DNA of 51,318 nt from an uncultured Bacteroidales bacterium (GCA_934725785.1 CAKVCS010000001.1:1-51318), one strand, 5' to 3'; positions 17,847 to 26,786 are shown, numbered from the stretch's first letter. Made by a program: numbers and translations. Notes: a model not told the origin generated them from the sequence alone.

Positions 17847-18770
17847 TTATGACAGTTGTATCTTGTTCTTCGTCGTGTTGTCCGTCGCCGTCAGTGGTGC
17901 GTCACTGTACTGCGTCTTGCTCGCCGAGAGCGTGAACCCTCCCCCGGCCACCCTTATTTCCTTGCGGCCGCGCCGTCCGGGCTTCATCCGCAGGGTGCTG
18001 GTGAACGCCGGAGACGTCACGCAGAGTGTCCTCCCCGTGAAGAAAGCGGAGGCCAGGCTCTGCTTGGCAGCCCTGCTCGTCAAGACGACCTCGGCGAAGC
18101 CGCCCATCCTGACAGTCTTGGGCCCATATATGATGCGCCCCGCCTGGTCGGTCACGACCACGCTCTTGCGGGCCGTCGGGCCGAACGTCCGCCTGTGGAG
18201 CGCCAGGCGAGCAAGGAAGATGACGGCGGCCATGGCGCACAGGGTTATTAGCTGCCCCTTGGCAAGGGGGTTCATGTCCTTGTCGAAGTATATTGTCCAT
18301 TGCATCAGCTTCGCGCCCTCGCTCGCCTCCATGCCGTTGACGCAGGCCATGCCGTGCGGCCGCATGACGAGGTAGCCCTGGTGCTTGCCCCCCTCGGCCT
18401 TGGGCAGGAAGCGGAAGCCCACCCCGACCTCGCGCGTCCTCCCCCCGTCCGCCGCCGATATGCTTATCACGTTGCCGCTGGCGCGACGGCCGTCAATGGT
18501 CACCTCGAGCACGTCTTCCGGGACGGGCGCGCCATCATTGTCTGTCACCACGAGGTCCACCGCCGCTCCGTCATTCACCGCGTCGTCGTTGAAGGTCAAG
18601 GCCATCCTCTTCACGAGGCTTGTGGTGTCGGCGTCCGACCACAGGAAGCCGTCGTGCCAGCTCGTCGTGCCGAGCGTCACTCGCTCCATGCCGTCGTCTT
18701 CCGAACACGAGGCCGCTGTCGAGGCCGTGATGGCCGCGACGGCCATCACGCGCAGAATCTTGGTGCTCAT
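17847..18770 (-). CDS. lipoprotein-like bitopic membrane protein
   Basis: Lipobox-like signal AITASTAASC|SEDD, an internal TM segment LITLCAMAAVIFLARLAL, and a basic C-terminal tail. In the same operon. Confidence 0.55.
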   Translation of the reverse strand: MSTKILRVMAVAAITASTAASCSEDDGMERVTLGTTSWHDGFLWSDADTTSLVKRMALTFNDDAVNDGAAVDLVVTDNDGAPVPEDVLEVTIDGRRASGNVISISAADGGRTREVGVGFRFLPKAEGGKHQGYLVMRPHGMACVNGMEASEGAKLMQWTIYFDKDMNPLAKGQLITLCAMAAVIFLARLALHRRTFGPTARKSVVVTDQAGRIIYGPKTVRMGGFAEVVLTSRAAKQSLASAFFTGRTLCVTSPAFTSTLRMKPGRRGRKEIRVAGGGFTLSASKTQYSDAPLTATDNTTKNKIQLS

Positions 18771-18802
18771 CTTGCTCTGTGTGGGTGTTTTTTCGTGGGG
18801 TG

Positions 18803-19789
18803 TCAGTCTTTGAACGAGATGTTCACGGTGGGGTAGTGCTTGTTTATGCAGCGGATCTCAATTGCCTTGCTCAGCAGGAACGTGAAGCGCGGCAGCCCCT
18901 GAGCCTCGGCCTCTATCGTCCACAGGTGATCTTCGGGAGGGTCCGCTGTGAGCTTCCGGGCGTACAGGCGGATGGCTTTGCCGCCGTCTTCCGTGGTCAC
19001 CGTCTCCTGGCGTGCTATGGCATACAGCTCGTCGTCCGACTTGAGCGTTATCTTCGCCCCGCCCGGGTCGCCGTCTATGGCTATGTCCACGTGATCCCCG
19101 TCTCTCACGGCGTAGACCGTCGAGTGCCTCAGCTTCACGTGGTTGATGTTCACGTCGGCCGTCTCCACCGTCCACAGCTGGGCGTCTTGCCTCTCCACCT
19201 CGCGCTCTATGTCCTTGGCGGCGGCGGCCCCGGTCAGCATCACGTAGAATCCGTAGCTCGTGGGGCTGGTGCTGCGCTCCCACCTGCCTATGGCGTCGAA
19301 TAGTCTGCCGCGGGTCTGCGAGAAGTTGGCCCCGTCGGTCATCAGGTAGAAGTATGTGTCGCCTTTGCGCTTGCCATAGTTGCTATAGAAGTCGTCGAAG
19401 GGGACGTATATCTCGGTGTGGCAGTCGTCCTCGAGCTTCAGGCCGTCCACGAATTTGCAGATGGCCTCTTTGCCCTCGGCTGTCGCCCTTTCCTTTTTGC
19501 GTGTCAGCTTGTGCCCGCTGTCGGTCCACGCCACCACCTCGAGCGTGGCCGTCTCGTCGTTCACGTTGCGAATGGCGCGTTTCAGGTTGCCCGTCACTTC
19601 GCCCCATATCGGCTTCATGGATCCCGTCACGTCCAGGTAATACGCCCTTGCCTCCACGCCTTGAGCGCAGGCCGCCCCAGGGAAGGAGGCCGCTGCCAGC
19701 GTCGCCGCGGCGCATGCGCCGAAGATTGCCGCCTGTCCGCGTCTTTTTGCGAGTGCGGCAAGGGCTCGCAGTGTGTGTTTCCGAGGCAT
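18803..19789 (-). CDS. secreted von Willebrand factor A (vWA) domain protein (TerY-like)
   Basis: The start is set at ATG 19787-19789 (MPRKHTL...). Signal-like AAIFGACAAATLAAASFPGAACA|QG, followed by a MIDAS-like YYLDVTGSM. Confidence 0.6.
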   Translation of the reverse strand: MPRKHTLRALAALAKRRGQAAIFGACAAATLAAASFPGAACAQGVEARAYYLDVTGSMKPIWGEVTGNLKRAIRNVNDETATLEVVAWTDSGHKLTRKKERATAEGKEAICKFVDGLKLEDDCHTEIYVPFDDFYSNYGKRKGDTYFYLMTDGANFSQTRGRLFDAIGRWERSTSPTSYGFYVMLTGAAAAKDIEREVERQDAQLWTVETADVNINHVKLRHSTVYAVRDGDHVDIAIDGDPGGAKITLKSDDELYAIARQETVTTEDGGKAIRLYARKLTADPPEDHLWTIEAEAQGLPRFTFLLSKAIEIRCINKHYPTVNISFKD

Positions 19790-19810
19790 GGAGATTCTGG
19801 TTTTGTGTTC

Positions 19811-19850
19811 TTCACAAATTTCAATAAAAAAAAACACTATCCAAATTTTA
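19811..19850 (-). promoter_or_regulatory. Bacteroides-type promoter for the six-gene operon (TTTG - GTG T9 spacer - GAAATTTG)
   Basis: The minus strand reads AAAATTTGGATAGTGTTTTTTTTTATTGAAATTTGTGAA. The -7-like box (19815-19822) lies 26 nt before the ATG. Confidence 0.45.
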
Positions 19851-19884
19851 TTGACCTGCGTGGCTTCGGCCCTGCGCTAAAGCG

Positions 19885-19924
19885 GCGAGGCGCGGGCTTG
19901 CCAGTCAACAAGCCCGCGCCTCGC
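19885..19924 (-). terminator. GC-rich hairpin downstream of the TagF-like gene
   Basis: Perfect 16-bp inverted repeat GCGAGGCGCGGGCTTG / CAAGCCCGCGCCTCGC with an 8-nt loop. The U-tract is weak. Confidence 0.5.
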
Positions 19925-19957
19925 GCCGGTCTGTGTGCCGCCTCCCGTGGCGGGGGG

Positions 19958-21193
19958 TCACGCGTATCCCTCTCCGCCCAGTATGGCCGCCATTATGTTC
20001 TCGCATGCCGTGCGCCCGCCCGGCGGTGTCAGCATGCTGGCGTAGAAATTGTCCCTCTCCGCCCTCAGCGGGTCCTGGCCGCCCACCACCACCTCGTCAA
20101 TGAACCGCTCTATCTCCCGGGCCGAGCCGGCCTTGTAGTGCAGGTCGTAGGCGCGGCGGGCGAAGTCGGACAGGTTTCCGATCCGCTGACCCTCCTTCAC
20201 CATGTAGAGGGCGGGCCGCCTCGTGTAGAGGTATTCTATGATGAACGAGCTGCAGTCGTGTATCATGGCGTCCGAGTGCATGAAGAGCGACGTGTATTTG
20301 CCGTCCTCGGCCTGGCAGTTCGCCGCCTCGGCCCATCGGGTGTAATACCTGTCGGTGCGCTCACGCCCCCATACGCGGTTCAGCTTGGCGCGCAGCAGTG
20401 GGTGGGGCTTGAATGCGAACTGCACGGTGTCGGCGTGACGCTCCGCGATTTCCAGCATCTCCTCGCCCACGCTCAGGAATGTCGACAGGTTCAGCCCGCC
20501 GTCGTCCTCTATGCTGTGGTGGGGGGCGTATATCACACGCTTTTTCCGCGCGGCCTGCGTCCGCCACGGGTCGGGCCCGCCTTGCGCCCCGCTCATCAGC
20601 TCGTCTTGCATCGGCAGTCCCGTCACCACCGAGTTGCGCGCCCTGTTGTCCATCATGCGCGCTGCGCCGTCGACGCACTCCTGGTTCTCGAAGAAGACCA
20701 TCCACGCCTCGTTGAGAAACGGCAGGTTGAGCCCCCACGTGGTCTCGGTCGTGTGGAACGCGTAGTCTATGAAGCACGTCAGCGTGCGCGCGTTGCGCCA
20801 GTAGGCGTACCCCCCCCTCTCGGTGAATATGGCGTAAGGCTTCTGGTAGAACGCCACGTCGGCCTCCAGATGGTCGCGCGGCCCCATCTCGCGAAATTCG
20901 TAGCCCTTGGCGGCGAGGTGCCTGCGCAGGGCCTGGGTGTCCGCCTCGTCGAGGGTGGGGGGGATGGATATCGTCGGGCGGAAGCGGCTGTGGTCCTTCA
21001 TTGCGGCGTAGAGGCTCTCCGTCTTCCATGCCGAGAGGCTGTTTATCAGGAACTCTACGCTCACCACCTCTTTGCCGCGCATCGCCTTGACCAGGGCGGC
21101 CTCGTCGTGCGCGCGCTCATACCTGGCGTGGGCCACGGCCTTGGCGACGGCGCGCGTCAGCTTGTTGTCGAGTATCTTTCGCAGCGCACTCAT
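19958..21193 (-). CDS. CDP-glycerol/CDP-alditol glycerophosphotransferase family (TagB/TagF-like)
   Basis: VIYAPHH ... FKPHPLLR ... LFMHSDAMIHDCSSFIIEYLYTRRPALYM is the typical TagF-family C-terminal catalytic region. Confidence 0.75.
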   Translation of the reverse strand: MSALRKILDNKLTRAVAKAVAHARYERAHDEAALVKAMRGKEVVSVEFLINSLSAWKTESLYAAMKDHSRFRPTISIPPTLDEADTQALRRHLAAKGYEFREMGPRDHLEADVAFYQKPYAIFTERGGYAYWRNARTLTCFIDYAFHTTETTWGLNLPFLNEAWMVFFENQECVDGAARMMDNRARNSVVTGLPMQDELMSGAQGGPDPWRTQAARKKRVIYAPHHSIEDDGGLNLSTFLSVGEEMLEIAERHADTVQFAFKPHPLLRAKLNRVWGRERTDRYYTRWAEAANCQAEDGKYTSLFMHSDAMIHDCSSFIIEYLYTRRPALYMVKEGQRIGNLSDFARRAYDLHYKAGSAREIERFIDEVVVGGQDPLRAERDNFYASMLTPPGGRTACENIMAAILGGEGYA

Positions 21194-22230
21194 CGGCTCT
21201 TGCGCAGTATCTCTATCGTGCGGCGTATGGCGTCGCGCATCTCGTATCGGGGCTCGAAGCCCGTCCTCTCCAGCTTACTCCCGTCCATCAGGGCCACCGT
21301 GGCCTTGCTATATCCCGCGGCCTCGGCCTCCGAAGGCAGGTCGAACACCACCTTCCTGCCGCACTGCTCGGCGCACATGGCGGCGAAGTCCTTGAGCCTC
21401 ACGTCGGTCTTGCGGCTGCTCACGTTGTACGCCTCGCCGTCCTCGCCGTTCAGCAATATGTGGAGCATGGCGGCAGCGGCGTCCGCCACGTATGTGTATG
21501 AGAATCTCTGCTCGCCGTTGCTCTTCAGCACTATGTCCTCGCCTGCCAGGGCCTTGAGGATGAACTGCGACGACGCCTTGGTGTCCGACGACAGCATCGT
21601 CGGGCCGAATACACGGCTCAGGCGCGCTATGCGCACGCTGACGCCGTACTCTTTGGCGTACGACTGGCACATGGCCTCACTCGCTCGTTTCGACTCGTTG
21701 TAGCACGACCGTGCCGTGCCCAGGTTCAGGGAGCCGGTGTAGTCCTCGGTGAAGACGTCCGCGCCCCGGGCGTTGCCGTATATCTCGACGCTCGAGGGGT
21801 AGAGCACCCTCGCCCCCGTGGCCCTCGCAAGCTCGAGCGCGCCCCTCGCGCCCATTATGTTGGTCATCATGGTCTCGACGGGGTGTTCCGAGTAGGCCAG
21901 TGGGTGGGTGTTGCTCGCCAGGGGTATCACGTAGTCGGGGCGCAGGGCCTCCGGCAGGGGCGATGTGACGTCTTGCTCAACTATTCCGAATGCCTCCTCG
22001 CCTGCGTGGTCGTCCAGCCTCCCGCTCAGCCGGCTCTTGTCGCGCACCACGGCCGTCACGCGGCACCCAGCGCTCAGCAGGGCGTCGGTCAGCATCACGC
22101 CCAGCAGGCCGCCGGCGCCCGTTATCACGGCGTGCTTGCCCCGGAGGCCCTCCGATCCCCTCACGCTGGCCACGTAAGCCATGTCGTCCGCGTATTCGGC
22201 GCAGCCCTTGGCTATCTTGTGCTTTTCCAT
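21190..22230 (-). CDS. extended SDR, NAD-dependent epimerase/dehydratase/reductase
   Basis: Rossmann motif VITGAGGLLG. There is a 4-nt ATGA overlap with the TagF-like gene. Confidence 0.75.
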   Translation of the reverse strand: MEKHKIAKGCAEYADDMAYVASVRGSEGLRGKHAVITGAGGLLGVMLTDALLSAGCRVTAVVRDKSRLSGRLDDHAGEEAFGIVEQDVTSPLPEALRPDYVIPLASNTHPLAYSEHPVETMMTNIMGARGALELARATGARVLYPSSVEIYGNARGADVFTEDYTGSLNLGTARSCYNESKRASEAMCQSYAKEYGVSVRIARLSRVFGPTMLSSDTKASSQFILKALAGEDIVLKSNGEQRFSYTYVADAAAAMLHILLNGEDGEAYNVSSRKTDVRLKDFAAMCAEQCGRKVVFDLPSEAEAAGYSKATVALMDGSKLERTGFEPRYEMRDAIRRTIEILRKSR

Positions 22231-22251
22231 TGCCTTATGTTCTGTTTAGGT

Positions 22252-22974
22252 CTATTTCAGCCACTTGTCCTCTCCCTTGGTGAGGTATCCTTTGAAGAGT
22301 TCCAGGTCGTCCTTCGTCGTCAGCTTTATGTTCTTGTCGCTGCCGGCCGCGAAGTGCAGGCGGACGCCCAGCTGGACCATCATCGTGTTCGTGTAGTTGG
22401 ACCCGCCGATGCCCACGCCCGTCTCGAACGCCTCGCGGTACTTGTCGCGAAGCAGGTCGTAGCGGTAGGCCTGGGGAGTGCTCACGCGGCGCAGGGTCTC
22501 GCGCGGGATGTAGCGCGTGGTGGTGCTCTCGTCCGCCTCGTCGACTATGAATATCTGCTCGTTGTAGGGCATCGAGGTCACCGCGTTGCCGTACGCCTTG
22601 GCTTTCGCCACCACGTCGGTCAGCACCGTCGGCTCCACCATGGGGCGTATGCCGTCGTGGATTATCACGATGTCGTGTCCCGCGCACATCTCGGCGAGGC
22701 TCTCGACGCCGTTCCGTATGCTCTCCTGGGCCGAGGACCCGCCAGCCACAATGTAGCGCAGCTTTGTTATGTTGAACTGGTTGGCGTAGGCCCTCACCAT
22801 CTTCTCCCACCCGTCTATGCACACCACGACGATAGCGTCAACCTCCTTCTGCCTCTCGAATCCCTCGAGGGTGTAGATGAGGACGGGTTTGTCGAAGACG
22901 TTGAGGAACTGCTTGGGGATGTCTTGCCCCATCCTGTTGCCGGAACCCCCGGCTATTATCAAGGCTACGTTCAT
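22252..22974 (-). CDS. IspD/TarI-family cytidylyltransferase (likely alditol-phosphate cytidylyltransferase)
   Basis: MNVALIIAGGSGNRMGQDIPKQF (the P-loop-like motif of IspD/TarI). The start is set at ATG 22972-22974. Confidence 0.8.
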   Translation of the reverse strand: MNVALIIAGGSGNRMGQDIPKQFLNVFDKPVLIYTLEGFERQKEVDAIVVVCIDGWEKMVRAYANQFNITKLRYIVAGGSSAQESIRNGVESLAEMCAGHDIVIIHDGIRPMVEPTVLTDVVAKAKAYGNAVTSMPYNEQIFIVDEADESTTTRYIPRETLRRVSTPQAYRYDLLRDKYREAFETGVGIGGSNYTNTMMVQLGVRLHFAAGSDKNIKLTTKDDLELFKGYLTKGEDKWLK

Positions 22975-23024
22975 TCTCTTTGGTCTGATGTTCTGTTTAT
23001 ATGTTCTGCGCATTGTGTGGTGGG

Positions 23025-24476
23025 CTATCTGCCCAACCTCGTCAATCTCTTTATGTAAGGTTCTATTACACCTTGATATATATCGTCTTTCCTATATCTC
23101 AAAACCATGGAGTACAAGGCTGCCGACACTGTCCCGCCAATGGACAGGCACGCCACGGGCGGGGCCGCAGTGGCCTCGCTCAGCGCGAATGCCGGTGCGC
23201 AGCACAGGGCGGATATCCACAAGTATGGCATGAAGTCACGGCTCTGCTCGCGGTATCCGAGCCCGTATATCCTGCCCGTGCTCCACGTGTTTATCTGCAC
23301 CGCGACCTGCCCATAGGCCACCCGCGACAGGCATATGGCCATCACGCCGAACGGCGCCGCCGCCGCGAGCATGGCCAAGGATATAAGCTTCTTTACCACT
23401 TCAAGCTTGAGAAACAGGCCTGTGCGGCCGTTTATCTGCAGCAGGTTCATGTTTATCTGGTTGATGTGGTCGAACATCACGGCGAACGCGTACACTTGCA
23501 GGTACACCACCGAGCCGGCCCACTTCTCCGTCAGCAGCAGCTCCACCAGGGGTCTCGCCAGCGCCGCCATCAGCATGGTGAGGAACATTATCCCGAGCGA
23601 CGAGGCCTTGACATATTTGCGATACGCCCCTACAAGGGCGGCCCTGTCGTCCTGCAGGCGCGCCAGGATGGGGAACGTCACCCTTTGCAACACGCCCGTC
23701 ACCTGGTAGCTCGGCAGGGTGGCGAACTGCTGCCCGCGGGTGTAATTGCCGAGGTCCGCCGCGGTGTACATCTTGCCTATGGCCATCGTGGCCAGCTGGC
23801 CGTGTATAGTGTTTATCATCGAGGCGGCGAGGAGCTTGCTGCCATAGCCGAACAGGTTTTTGAACGACCTTGACGAGAACTTTAGTTGAGGCCTCCATCT
23901 TGCTGCGACCCAAAGTATTATTGTATTGACAAGAGCCTTGGTCACCGACTGCCACACAAGCGCCCACACGCCGAAGCCCGAGTAAGCCAGGCCCACGCCC
24001 GCCACGCCCGAGAGAAGGGCTGCCGCCGACGACGCCTTTGCCTGGCTCTTGAAGTCCACCGCCACAGTCAGCCTGGCGGTCTGCACAACCCCGAGCGAGT
24101 TTATCAGCAGCGTCAGGGCCAACACGCGGGTCAGCCCCTCAAGCGCCGGAGTCCCGAAGAACGAGGCTATAGCGCCCGCCGAGGCGTAAAGGGCGGCGTA
24201 GCAGGCCAGCCCTACGGCCACGTTGAAATAGAAGGCGGTGGAGTAGTCCGTCTCGTCCCTGTCCTTCTTGCGGATCAGGGCCTTCGAGAAGCCGCTGTCG
24301 ACGATATTCTCCGACACGGCGATGAATATGGCCAGCATCCCCACCATGCCGTAGTCCGACGGCGACAGCTGGCGGGCCAGGACGAACCCGAGCACCAGCT
24401 GTATGCCCTGCGTGGCGATGCGCTCCGCGAGGCTCCATTTCACCCCGCGGGCCGTGTCCTCCCTCACGTCGCCCAC
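23025..24476 (-). CDS. Wzx-type polysaccharide flippase (MOP superfamily)
   Basis: 483 aa and polytopic. The N-terminal KWSLAERIATQGIQLVLGFVLARQLSPSDYG is typical of oligosaccharide flippases. It has a GTG start directly after the LicD stop. Confidence 0.8.
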   Translation of the reverse strand: MGDVREDTARGVKWSLAERIATQGIQLVLGFVLARQLSPSDYGMVGMLAIFIAVSENIVDSGFSKALIRKKDRDETDYSTAFYFNVAVGLACYAALYASAGAIASFFGTPALEGLTRVLALTLLINSLGVVQTARLTVAVDFKSQAKASSAAALLSGVAGVGLAYSGFGVWALVWQSVTKALVNTIILWVAARWRPQLKFSSRSFKNLFGYGSKLLAASMINTIHGQLATMAIGKMYTAADLGNYTRGQQFATLPSYQVTGVLQRVTFPILARLQDDRAALVGAYRKYVKASSLGIMFLTMLMAALARPLVELLLTEKWAGSVVYLQVYAFAVMFDHINQINMNLLQINGRTGLFLKLEVVKKLISLAMLAAAAPFGVMAICLSRVAYGQVAVQINTWSTGRIYGLGYREQSRDFMPYLWISALCCAPAFALSEATAAPPVACLSIGGTVSAALYSMVLRYRKDDIYQGVIEPYIKRLTRLGR

Positions 24477-25352
24477 CTAACGCCAGTAGAATTTATGAGC
24501 CGAGTGGCACGGCAGCCGCTTTTCCACGGGGGGCAGCTGCATATAGTCGCCGTAATACGTCCTGAGGATGGTCTCGTAGCCCTTGGCCACCATCAGCTTG
24601 TGGCCCTCGAAGTCCATGTCCATGTACTCCGAGTACACGCTTGACGGTATGTGCTCTTTGTCCGTGTTGACGATGCAGCTTATCACGCCCATGTGGTGGC
24701 TGCCGCCCGGGCACAGGCCCTTTATGTACTCGTCGGCCTCGGCCACCATCTCCAGCAGGCTCTCGCGCGGGGCGGTCAGCTTCGCCCACGCCAGCTTGAC
24801 CCAGCAGCCGGGGTGGCGTGGGTCGCACTCCGACAGATTGCCCATGGCGTACCGTTTCTTGTGCGTCCGCCAGTACATCTGCTTTATCTTGGCGTTTTTC
24901 AGGTCATACTCGGCCATGTCGTCCGGGACGTTGTCGAGGGGGAACACGTCGACCCACACGCCAACGTCATCGGTCGAGGCCATCGGGCGCCACGGCTCCA
25001 CGATGGTCCGCGTCTTGTCAAACACGTGGCCGTAGAACAGGTAGCTGTTGCCAAGGCATGGCGCCGAGCACGTGTAACGGCCGTTGTCGAACGTCTTGAA
25101 GAAACGCTCGAAATCCGCGCGAGGCATACTTATGTCTATGTCGTCATCCCACGGGATGAAGCCCTTGTGGCGCACCGCGCCCAGCAGCGTGCCTCCGTTG
25201 AGGGTGTAGCGGATGCCGTTCCGCCTGCAGAAGTCGTCTATGTCCAGCAATATGCGCAGGCTCTCCTCCTGCAGCTCTTTCAGCGTCAGCTCTCTCCTGC
25301 GCCCCCCGTCTGCCGTCCGGGCCGCAGCGCGCCCTTCCTTTGTCTCTGCCAT
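24477..25352 (-). CDS. LicD-family phosphotransferase
   Basis: GGTLLGAVRHKGFIPWDDDIDISMPR is the LicD signature. Confidence 0.85.
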   Translation of the reverse strand: MAETKEGRAAARTADGGRRRELTLKELQEESLRILLDIDDFCRRNGIRYTLNGGTLLGAVRHKGFIPWDDDIDISMPRADFERFFKTFDNGRYTCSAPCLGNSYLFYGHVFDKTRTIVEPWRPMASTDDVGVWVDVFPLDNVPDDMAEYDLKNAKIKQMYWRTHKKRYAMGNLSECDPRHPGCWVKLAWAKLTAPRESLLEMVAEADEYIKGLCPGGSHHMGVISCIVNTDKEHIPSSVYSEYMDMDFEGHKLMVAKGYETILRTYYGDYMQLPPVEKRLPCHSAHKFYWR

Positions 25353-25421
25353 TTGTATTTGCTTTTGATGCGAGCCCGGGCGTCGCCCTCGGCTCCGTGC
25401 GCTCGCCCGGCGTGAGCCGCC

Positions 25422-25841
25422 TCACGCCACGCTCACCAGCTCTATGTCGAAAATCAGTGTCGACCCGCCCGGGATGCCCGGCTGCGAGTAGCTGCCATAG
25501 CCCGCCTCGGCGGCCACGTAGAGCTCCCACCTGTCGCCGGGCCGCATCTTCACCAGCGCGGCCTGCCAGCCGTCTATCAGGTCGCGGACCCTGAAGGCCG
25601 GGGCCACTGCGTCAGGGTCGGCGCGGCTCGTGTCGAACGTCTTGCCGTCTATCGTCCGGCCCGTGTAGTGGGCTGTCACAATGCTGCCCGGCGTCGGGCA
25701 TGCCCGGCTCGCGTCGCCCTCGGCCAACACCTTGGCGTAGACGCCGGGCGCCACTTTCACCACGCCCTCCTCTTTCGATTTTGCGGCCAGCCACGCGTGG
25801 TTGGCCTTTATGTACTCTTTTCTTGTCATATCGATTCTCAA
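25422..25841 (-). CDS. FKBP-type peptidyl-prolyl cis-trans isomerase
   Basis: VTAHYTGRTIDGKTFDTS ... LIDGWQAALVKMRPGDRWELY ... GGSTLIFDIELV. Confidence 0.85.
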   Translation of the reverse strand: MRIDMTRKEYIKANHAWLAAKSKEEGVVKVAPGVYAKVLAEGDASRACPTPGSIVTAHYTGRTIDGKTFDTSRADPDAVAPAFRVRDLIDGWQAALVKMRPGDRWELYVAAEAGYGSYSQPGIPGGSTLIFDIELVSVA

Positions 25842-25856
25842 TCGCGCCGCCCTCTC

Positions 25857-26786
25857 TCACTCTTCGCGCAGGGCGCTCCTCACCGTCACCACCGCCACCA
25901 GCAGCGTCAGCGTCAGCGCCAGGGCGATGCGGCGTATCATGCCGCCGGCGAGGCTCGTCATCTTGTCCTCCGCCACGGCGCTCACCAGCGCCCAGCCGGG
26001 GGTGCCGCCAATGGGCTGGCAGGTGGCGAAATACCGCTTGCCGCTCTCCAGGGTCACGTAGCACGACGATTTCTCCCGCGCCCTCACCGCGCCCGCAATC
26101 TGGGCCACGCCCTCGCTCTTGCCGGCATGGTCGCTCAGCCTGTATTCCAGCAGCAGGCCCTTGTCCGCGGCGCCAATGACGTACGTCCGCTCGTCGACGA
26201 CCCACATTATCCTCTCGTCGCCGTCGTTGCCGTCCGTCACCATGCCCGACAGGATGTCGAGGCTGATGTTCGACGCCAGGCAGCCCTTAGGCCCCTCGCC
26301 CTCGGCGTGAATCGGCACGGCGAGGGTGTACTTCTTCTTGCCCGTCATGCGGCTGTAGTCCGGGCTCGTCATCGCGAACGGAGTCCCGCCGGCCATCACG
26401 TCGCGGAAGTACTTGCGGTCGCTCAGGTTGCGCCCCTCCACGCGCCCCAGGCCGGCGAAGTAATAGTCGCCGCTCGGCTCTATCAGCATCAGGTTGGTCA
26501 GCTTCTCGGCCGAGCTGCTGGCCACGTCGCTCAGGTAGCCGCTCATGGAGTCCCACTTCATGCTTACCACGTCCGGGTGGCGCGCCGCCCACGTCAGCTC
26601 GTCGCGGATGCTCTTCAGGCTGGCCGTAATCTGCCTGGCCGACATCTCGCACAGCTCGCTCTGGTGGGCCTCGGTCACGGCCCGCAGCTCGGCGTTAACC
26701 GCCCCGTAGTTCATCAGACCCGCCGTCAGCATGGCGACAGCGGTGGTGGGCAGCAGGATGGAGAGTATCTTGGCGCTTGTCTTCAT
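25857..26786 (-). CDS. stand-alone Cache-type extracytoplasmic sensor domain protein flanked by two TM segments
   Basis: N-terminal TM (ILSILLPTTAVAMLTAGL), Cache-like DRKYFRDVMAGG ... TLAVPI, and a C-terminal TM (IALALTLTLLVAVVTV). There is no output domain. Confidence 0.55.
   Translation of the reverse strand: MKTSAKILSILLPTTAVAMLTAGLMNYGAVNAELRAVTEAHQSELCEMSARQITASLKSIRDELTWAARHPDVVSMKWDSMSGYLSDVASSSAEKLTNLMLIEPSGDYYFAGLGRVEGRNLSDRKYFRDVMAGGTPFAMTSPDYSRMTGKKKYTLAVPIHAEGEGPKGCLASNISLDILSGMVTDGNDGDERIMWVVDERTYVIGAADKGLLLEYRLSDHAGKSEGVAQIAGAVRAREKSSCYVTLESGKRYFATCQPIGGTPGWALVSAVAEDKMTSLAGGMIRRIALALTLTLLVAVVTVRSALREE

Noticed and set aside
19418-21703. 761-aa plus-strand ORF, the longest 'extra' ORF in the track.
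   Set aside because: It lies antisense to the vWA, TagF-like and SDR genes. Its composition is dominated by Arg/Ala/Gly/Pro/Val, typical of shadow ORFs in GC-rich DNA. It has no recognisable motif, whereas the minus-strand genes have clear family signatures.
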